32,000 nt of DNA, from the NCBI GenBank assembly GCA_000091165.1, contig FP565575.1, positions 2,700,001-2,732,000 on the forward strand, read 5' to 3'. A program made the translations under genes and the position numbers. The stretch is from Candidatus Methylomirabilis oxygeniifera. GTDB taxonomy: Bacteria; Methylomirabilota; Methylomirabilia; Methylomirabilales; Methylomirabilaceae. The notes below the pieces were generated by a model. It was not told the DNA's origin, did not search any database, and saw only the letters and a list, made by a program, of their open reading frames with translations. Position 1 is the stretch's first letter. Every line of letters begins with the position of its first letter. Shown one piece after another: positions 28,155 to 32,000 of this stretch.

Positions 28155-28619
28155 ATGGCAGATGAGCGCGAGACTCATCAGAGATTCATTCGGGCAGCCT
28201 TTGAGCAGGCTCGGAAATCATACAATGAGGGTGGACTTCCGATTGGCGCCGTCATGGTAGAGAACAGCACAGTTATCGCTGTTGGTCATAACCGTCGCGT
28301 TCAAGACGGCGATCCAACCGCGCACGGGGAGATGGACTGCCTTCGGCAGGCTGGTCGGCGCCCTCGCTATGACGGCATTACGCTTTATACGACGCTGAGT
28401 CCTTGCATGATGTGCTCAGGCACCGTGCTCCAGTTTGGGATCAAGCGAGTGGTCATTGGCGAAAAGCAAAACTTCCCAGGCAATGTCGAATTGTTGCGCA
28501 ATCACGGTGTTGATGTGATTGTTCTTGATGATCCTGAGTGTATTTCGCTGATGCAGCGATTCATGCGCGAACGTCCGGATCTGTGGGACGAGGATATTGC
28601 GGGGCGAACAAACGTTTGA
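28155..28619 (+). CDS. cytosine deaminase of the CDA-fold, yeast FCY1 type (zinc deaminase)
   Basis: EGGLPIGAV, GHNRRVQDGDPTAHGEMDCL (HxE zinc site) and TLYTTLSPCMMCSGTV (PCxxC). The C-terminal FMRERPDLWDEDI parallels the FCY1 tail FIDERPQDWFEDI. GAGGGAG RBS. Confidence 0.85.
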   Translation: MADERETHQRFIRAAFEQARKSYNEGGLPIGAVMVENSTVIAVGHNRRVQDGDPTAHGEMDCLRQAGRRPRYDGITLYTTLSPCMMCSGTVLQFGIKRVVIGEKQNFPGNVELLRNHGVDVIVLDDPECISLMQRFMRERPDLWDEDIAGRTNV

Positions 28620-28856
28620 GGTATACTCAGCAAGAGGCGGAACGAATCAAGGCGGCCAGTTTTGGGGTTGTCCGAATTATCCGCGCTGTCGCGGACTCGT
28701 GAACTACGACGCCCATGGTGCAAAGTAGGCATACGTCGGGTTCGCACCACAAGGACCTTCCACTCGACGCACCAAATACGTGCGCGGATGAAGCAGAGGA
28801 CATTGGCAAGTCGACTCGAAGAGGGGTTTGTGATACGCTTTTTTCGGGAGGTTGAG

Positions 28857-28904
28857 ATGACGAAGTTGCTTCAACGAGCATTCGAGAAGGTAGTAACTTC
28901 CTAA
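28857..28904 (+). pseudogene. 15-codon stub resembling the N-terminus of an addiction-module antitoxin
   Basis: GGGAGG lies 5 nt upstream of ATG. The translation is MTKLLQRAFEKVVTS*. MxKLLxxAFExxxxLP is a common antitoxin start, and here it is cut short just before the intact TA pair. Confidence 0.3.
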
Positions 28905-28920
28905 GTCTGAGGAGGATGCC

Positions 28921-29121
28921 ATGACAACTGTCGAGTCGATTGAGCGCGCTATCGAGCAGCTTTCCCCCGACGAACTCGTCAAGTTGCGACGCTGGTTCTT
29001 GGAGTACGATGCCACCGCTTGGGATGCTCAGATCGAGGCAGATGCTGCTGCCGGAAAATTCGATGCGTTAGCTAAAGAGGCTTTAGCTGAGTATCACAGC
29101 GGTAAGGCGCGCGAGATTTGA
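28921..29121 (+). CDS. antitoxin-like small helical protein (partner of downstream ParE/RelE-like toxin)
   Basis: 66 aa, MTTVESIERAIEQLSPDELVKLRRWFLEYDATAWDAQIEADAAAGKFDAL. GAGGAGG lies 5 nt upstream. Its stop overlaps the next start. Confidence 0.65.
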   Translation: MTTVESIERAIEQLSPDELVKLRRWFLEYDATAWDAQIEADAAAGKFDALAKEALAEYHSGKAREI

Positions 29122-29378
29122 GGCATTTCACGGCGAGTCAATTCTGGCGCTGTTTCGATGCTCTGCCAACCGCCATCCAGGATCTCGCCCGACGCAACTA
29201 CGCTCTTCTCAAGCAGAATCCGACGCATCCATCCCTACAATTCAAATCCGTGTGCGGCGGACGCTTCCGTAGCGTTCGAATCGGTAATCATTACCGTGCC
29301 CTTGGGCTGCCAGTCCCAGAGGGAGTGCAGTGGTTCTGGGTCGGCCCGCACGCCGAGTACGACAAGTTCTTTAGCTAA
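29118..29378 (+). CDS. RelE/ParE-superfamily-like toxin (putative)
   Basis: 86 aa, with NPTHPSLQFKSV...RSVRIGNHYRALG...WFWVGPHAEYDKF, a pattern I associate with small ParE/RelE-like toxins. The TTG start overlaps the antitoxin stop (TTGA). Confidence 0.6.
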   Translation: MRHFTASQFWRCFDALPTAIQDLARRNYALLKQNPTHPSLQFKSVCGGRFRSVRIGNHYRALGLPVPEGVQWFWVGPHAEYDKFFS

Positions 29379-29536
29379 CACTCGGCTGGATCGGTGGAAT
29401 GGCGCGACAGCCGAGCGACAAGGACAAGCCATAAGGCCGTCTTTGGTGCGCCGGGACGAAGGATCGGAAAAATCGGAAGGGTTGGTTCTTGCGCGTATCG
29501 GTCTGCTGCGGGGGTGTTGGAATCTGAAACGACAGT

Positions 29537-29653
29537 TTATCCCAGCCAGATGAGCAGCTTGACAATGTACTTCATTGCGATCATGGACGCTAGAAACATG
29601 ACCGCCCCTAAAACTAAATTCACATTGATGTTTCGGTGCTTTTCCGGCTCCAT
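29537..29653 (-). CDS. 38-aa single-TM small protein (candidate)
   Basis: Minus-strand ATG 29653 is preceded by GAGGAAGAGG. The translation is MEPEKHRNINVNLVLGAVMFLASMIAMKYIVKLLIWLG*. It lies 46 nt downstream of the glutaredoxin-like ORF and is too short for the ORF track. Confidence 0.35.
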   Translation of the reverse strand: MEPEKHRNINVNLVLGAVMFLASMIAMKYIVKLLIWLG

Positions 29654-29699
29654 ACCTCTTCCTCACTGAGACCGACGACCGTCGGCGCCTCTAGACTGC

Positions 29700-29915
29700 T
29701 CAGGTTCCGCCAAATCCGACGGTGACTTTGCCCTTCTCGACAATAACCGGGACATCACGTGAGCCTTTCGATAACTCCAACATCTGTGCGAGCGCCTTCG
29801 GGTCCTGCTTGACATTGAGGTAGGTGAACGGGACCTTCCGCCTGGCATAGTCCTCACGGGCTGCCGAGGTATAGGGTCAGGTATCCTTCCCGTAGATGAC
29901 GACCGGTTCGTCCAT
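29700..29915 (-). CDS. glutaredoxin-like small thioredoxin-fold protein with in-frame TGA at the redox-Cys position (selenocysteine candidate)
   Basis: ATG 29915 has GGAGG 6 nt upstream. The translation is MDEPVVIYGKDT[TGA 29877-29879]PYTSAAREDYARRKVPFTYLNVKQDPKALAQMLELSKGSRDVPVIVEKGKVTVGFGGT*. It shows the Grx/NrdH/YruB-like pattern: beta1, CPYC-position motif, cis-Pro VPV, GKV.VGFGG. Confidence 0.65.
29841..29869 (-). promoter_or_regulatory. candidate bacterial SECIS hairpin downstream of the TGA
   Basis: The mRNA is CCU-C-GGCA-GCC-CGUGA-GG-A-C-UA-UGCC-AGG. About 10 bp are hand-folded, starting 8 nt after the UGA, with an apical loop CGUGA containing GU. This is hand-folded only. Confidence 0.3.
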
Positions 29916-29956
29916 CTGCCTCCTCCAATCTTTCGGGTCCGTCTGATTCCAGCGCG

Positions 29957-30301
29957 TCAGACCCGCGTCGTAAATCGTTCGGCCTCTGTGGTCAACCGCT
30001 CGTAGGCAAGCTTGATGTCGCGGATCTGCGGGTACAGCTCCTGGATCTTCTCGTGGGGGAGCGGGATGATCCGGCTCAGTTCAGTCAGCCGCTCCCCAAC
30101 CAGCTTGGCCCGTCGAAGGATATCGAGCTTTTTATCGGCCGGCGGGCTCAGCGCTGCCCCCTCCAGGAGTACAAGCATCCCGTCCTCATCTTGAGCCCGG
30201 CACAGCTCGTCCAACTGCTGCGCCTGGGTCTCATTGAGACCGCTTTCCCGCAGGGCATTCAACGCCTTCATCCGGTCGATTCGATAGCGGATGTCGAGCA
30301 T
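29957..30301 (-). CDS. hypothetical helical protein (114 aa), first gene of the module
   Basis: AAGGAG lies 6 nt upstream of ATG 30301. The sequence is coding-like (MLDIRYRIDRMKALNALRESGLNETQAQQLDELCRAQDEDG...). I recognise no domain. Confidence 0.55.
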   Translation of the reverse strand: MLDIRYRIDRMKALNALRESGLNETQAQQLDELCRAQDEDGMLVLLEGAALSPPADKKLDILRRAKLVGERLTELSRIIPLPHEKIQELYPQIRDIKLAYERLTTEAERFTTRV

Positions 30302-30425
30302 TCTCTCTCCTTACGCGCGCGCCGTGGATGTATCAGGCGCAATCCGGCACTATCTCACACCTCTGCGCCAAAGCCGAATGCAGGGGGTCGGGTGTGAGTC
30401 TATCATCTGACTCTATGGCCACTCT

Positions 30426-30454
30426 ATATCAGCAGAATTTCGACGTCTTGTCAA
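30426..30454 (-). promoter_or_regulatory. candidate sigma70 promoter (TTGACA-17 nt-TGATAT) for the minus-strand module
   Basis: On the minus strand TTGACA is at 30454-30449 and TGATAT at 30431-30426, with exactly 17 nt between them. It is about 120 nt upstream of ATG 30301. Confidence 0.4.
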
Positions 30455-30555
30455 CGGTCATGTGGTCTTTTCATCCCGCGTGGTCGCTATCCGGCCATGA
30501 TATGATGTGTTATCATAATGTACTACGGGATAGCGAAGGAGGAATCGGACCCGAC

Positions 30556-31221
30556 ATGAAATTCCCATTTGCCCTTGACCGCCTGGCTGCGCAAGATATT
30601 CGAATGATTTTTCGCGTCGTCGCAGAGTTCGTCGACGGGTTGGAGGCGCTCGCCGCGATTCCGCCGGCTGTCTCTGTCTTCGGATCGACGCATATCGGAC
30701 GAGATGATCCCGCCTACATGATGGCCGAACAGATCGGCCGCTTGTTGGCCAAGCACGGGTATGCCGTCATCACGGGCGGGGGTCCTGGAGCCATGGAGGC
30801 GGCGAATAAAGGCGCCTACGAGGCGGGTGGTGTATCGGTCGGCCTCAACATTGAGCTTCCTCAGCAGCAGGCACCGAACCCATACCTGACCAACCTTGTA
30901 AATTTCCAGCACTTCTTCGTCCGGAAGGTCATGTTCGTGAAGCACTCCATCGCGTTCGTCATCCTGCCGGGCGGCTTTGGCACCCTGGATGAGCTGTTTG
31001 AGTCGATTACACTGATCCAGACCAGGAAGATCAAGCCGTTTCCGGTCATCCTGACAGACGACGATTACTGGCGCGGTTTACAGGAGTGGCTCCGTGATAC
31101 TGTTATGAGCGAGGGGAAGATCTCGCCGGACGACCTCGCGCTACTCAAGGTGGCTCATAGCCCTGAAGAGGTCATCCAGGTCATCAAGAACTCCTCAACC
31201 TCCAATTCTCTGACCCTCTGA
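30556..31221 (+). CDS. LOG-family protein (TIGR00730; cytokinin riboside 5'-monophosphate phosphoribohydrolase-like)
   Basis: VSVFGSTHIG, GGGPGAMEAANKGA and the PGGFGTLDELFE motif. ATG 30556 (MKFPFALDRL) is preferred. The 76 upstream codons of the track ORF lie in the promoter region. Confidence 0.85.
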   Translation: MKFPFALDRLAAQDIRMIFRVVAEFVDGLEALAAIPPAVSVFGSTHIGRDDPAYMMAEQIGRLLAKHGYAVITGGGPGAMEAANKGAYEAGGVSVGLNIELPQQQAPNPYLTNLVNFQHFFVRKVMFVKHSIAFVILPGGFGTLDELFESITLIQTRKIKPFPVILTDDDYWRGLQEWLRDTVMSEGKISPDDLALLKVAHSPEEVIQVIKNSSTSNSLTL

Positions 31222-31248
31222 AATCTTCCGTCCAGTACGGTCAGCCCA

Positions 31249-31908
31249 TTGGCCACCAACCGGCAGATCACTGAAGTCCTGCAGCAGGTCCGACATGCGA
31301 TCAGCGTGTGGGAGCCCGCCGTCGTGGGCAAGATCGCCGAGGACTCCCGCGATCCGTTTCGGGTCCTGATCTCTTGTATCCTGAGCCAGCAGACCAAGGA
31401 TCAGATTACGGGTGAAGCCTCGGAGCGGCTGTATCGACTTGCCGATCGACCCGACACGATACTCGCGCTGAGTGAGCTACAGATCGCCAGAGCCATCTAC
31501 CCGGTCAGTTTCTATAAGACGAAGGCTCGAACCATCCGCAAGGTCTGCCAGGATCTGCTCACTCGTTTCGATGGGCGCGTCCCCGATACAATCGAGGCCC
31601 TTCTTAGCCTCACCGGCGTCGGCCGGAAGACCGCCAACCTTGTCGTAACAGTCGGTTACAGAAAGCCGGGGATCTGCGTTGATACGCATGTCCATCGGAT
31701 CTCGAATCGCTGGGGTTACGTCAGCACCAGGACCCCCGAGCAGACCGAGATGGCCCTCCGATTGAAGCTGCCGAAGCGGCATTGGATCTATTACAATGAC
31801 CTGTTGGTCCCGTTCGGTCAGAACCTCTGCCGACCGATCTCTCCCTTTTGTAGTCGCTGCCCCATCGAGCGCTGGTGCGCCAAGGTCGGCGTGGCGATGC
31901 ATCGCTGA
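31249..31908 (+). CDS. nth: endonuclease III (DNA glycosylase/AP lyase)
   Basis: HhH-GPD features (ILSQQTKD, LTGVGRKTANLVV, catalytic DTHV context). The C-terminal 4Fe-4S cluster loop is CRPISPFCSRCPIERWC. The TTG start is assumed. Confidence 0.88.
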   Translation: MATNRQITEVLQQVRHAISVWEPAVVGKIAEDSRDPFRVLISCILSQQTKDQITGEASERLYRLADRPDTILALSELQIARAIYPVSFYKTKARTIRKVCQDLLTRFDGRVPDTIEALLSLTGVGRKTANLVVTVGYRKPGICVDTHVHRISNRWGYVSTRTPEQTEMALRLKLPKRHWIYYNDLLVPFGQNLCRPISPFCSRCPIERWCAKVGVAMHR

Positions 31909-31910
31909 GG

Positions 31911-32000
31911 TTACACATCAAAGACGACTCGCGCGTGCCAGCGATCGTCGACTTTGTGACATTCGAGCAGATGGTAGGTGGCGGCCTTCACCACGCCCTT
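31911..32000 (-). CDS. 3' end of an unidentified gene (29 codons plus stop), continues beyond window
   Basis: The minus-strand frame is open to the window edge: ...KGVVKAATYHLLECHKVDDRWHARVVFDV*. It is convergent with nth. Confidence 0.4.
   Translation of the reverse strand, partial: KGVVKAATYHLLECHKVDDRWHARVVFDV

Noticed and set aside
29235-29857. Track ORFs 29235..29666 (143 aa) and 29663..29857 (64 aa), minus strand
   Set aside because: The first runs antisense through the ParE-like toxin and out of frame over the 38-aa ORF. The second is an alternative frame of the glutaredoxin-like gene. Both are R/S-rich without motifs, and the Sec-containing frame explains the region better.
29868-29886. 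ggtatagggtcaggtatcc around the TGA resembles two AGGGTNN heptamer units, raising the idea that the TGA is a repeat-insertion artefact
   Set aside because: There are only two loose units. The surrounding protein alignment to the glutaredoxin active site is continuous across the TGA with no extra residues, so recoding or a point change explains it better than an insertion.
30328-30555. 76-codon N-terminal extension of the LOG-family ORF
   Set aside because: LOG homology starts after MKFPF (ATG 30556). The extension covers the divergent promoter region and has no coding character.

Overview
GC-rich bacterial chromosomal window. I found no rRNA, tRNA, CRISPR array, transposase or integrase. The core (11.8-21.8 kb) is a conserved cell-elongation and housekeeping block, mreB-mreC-mreD-mrdA(PBP2)-rodA. 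Its genes are joined by ATGA/TGATG start-stop overlaps. It is followed by ileS-lspA-rluD and sits divergent from a PpiD-like chaperone gene. The left part (0-10.5 kb) holds a 5'-partial hypothetical, a SAM methyltransferase, panE and a RelE/ParE toxin-antitoxin pair with a degraded Phd/YefM remnant beside it. It also holds a soluble GAF histidine kinase with a sigma54-type NtrC regulator, a Nudix hydrolase, an alpha/beta hydrolase, a membrane metallophosphoesterase, a half-size TSUP/TauE protein and a secreted hypothetical. The right part holds a REC-TM-HAMP-PAS-GAF-GGDEF diguanylate cyclase behind an AT-rich upstream region, alanine dehydrogenase plus a methyltransferase, and a CbbY-like HAD phosphatase. 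A visibly less GC-rich accessory patch follows (about 27.65-30.3 kb), then a LOG-family gene, nth and a 3' gene fragment. The patch carries an FCY1-type cytosine deaminase, gene remnants and a second toxin-antitoxin pair. Its most interesting content is a minus-strand three-gene module whose middle gene the ORF track misses. That gene is a 71-codon glutaredoxin-like ORF with an in-frame TGA exactly at the redox-Cys position, so it is a selenoprotein candidate. A hairpin that could serve as a SECIS element lies downstream of the TGA. Several small repeat families also occur. Telomere-like AGGGTNN heptamers flank ileS and supply its stop codon. GTGTYGA heptamers lie inside rluD. CCCCTTTG/CAAAGGGG hairpins occur at three loci, and a composite inverted-repeat element sits between convergent genes. 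All calls come from reading motifs by eye; no database search was possible.
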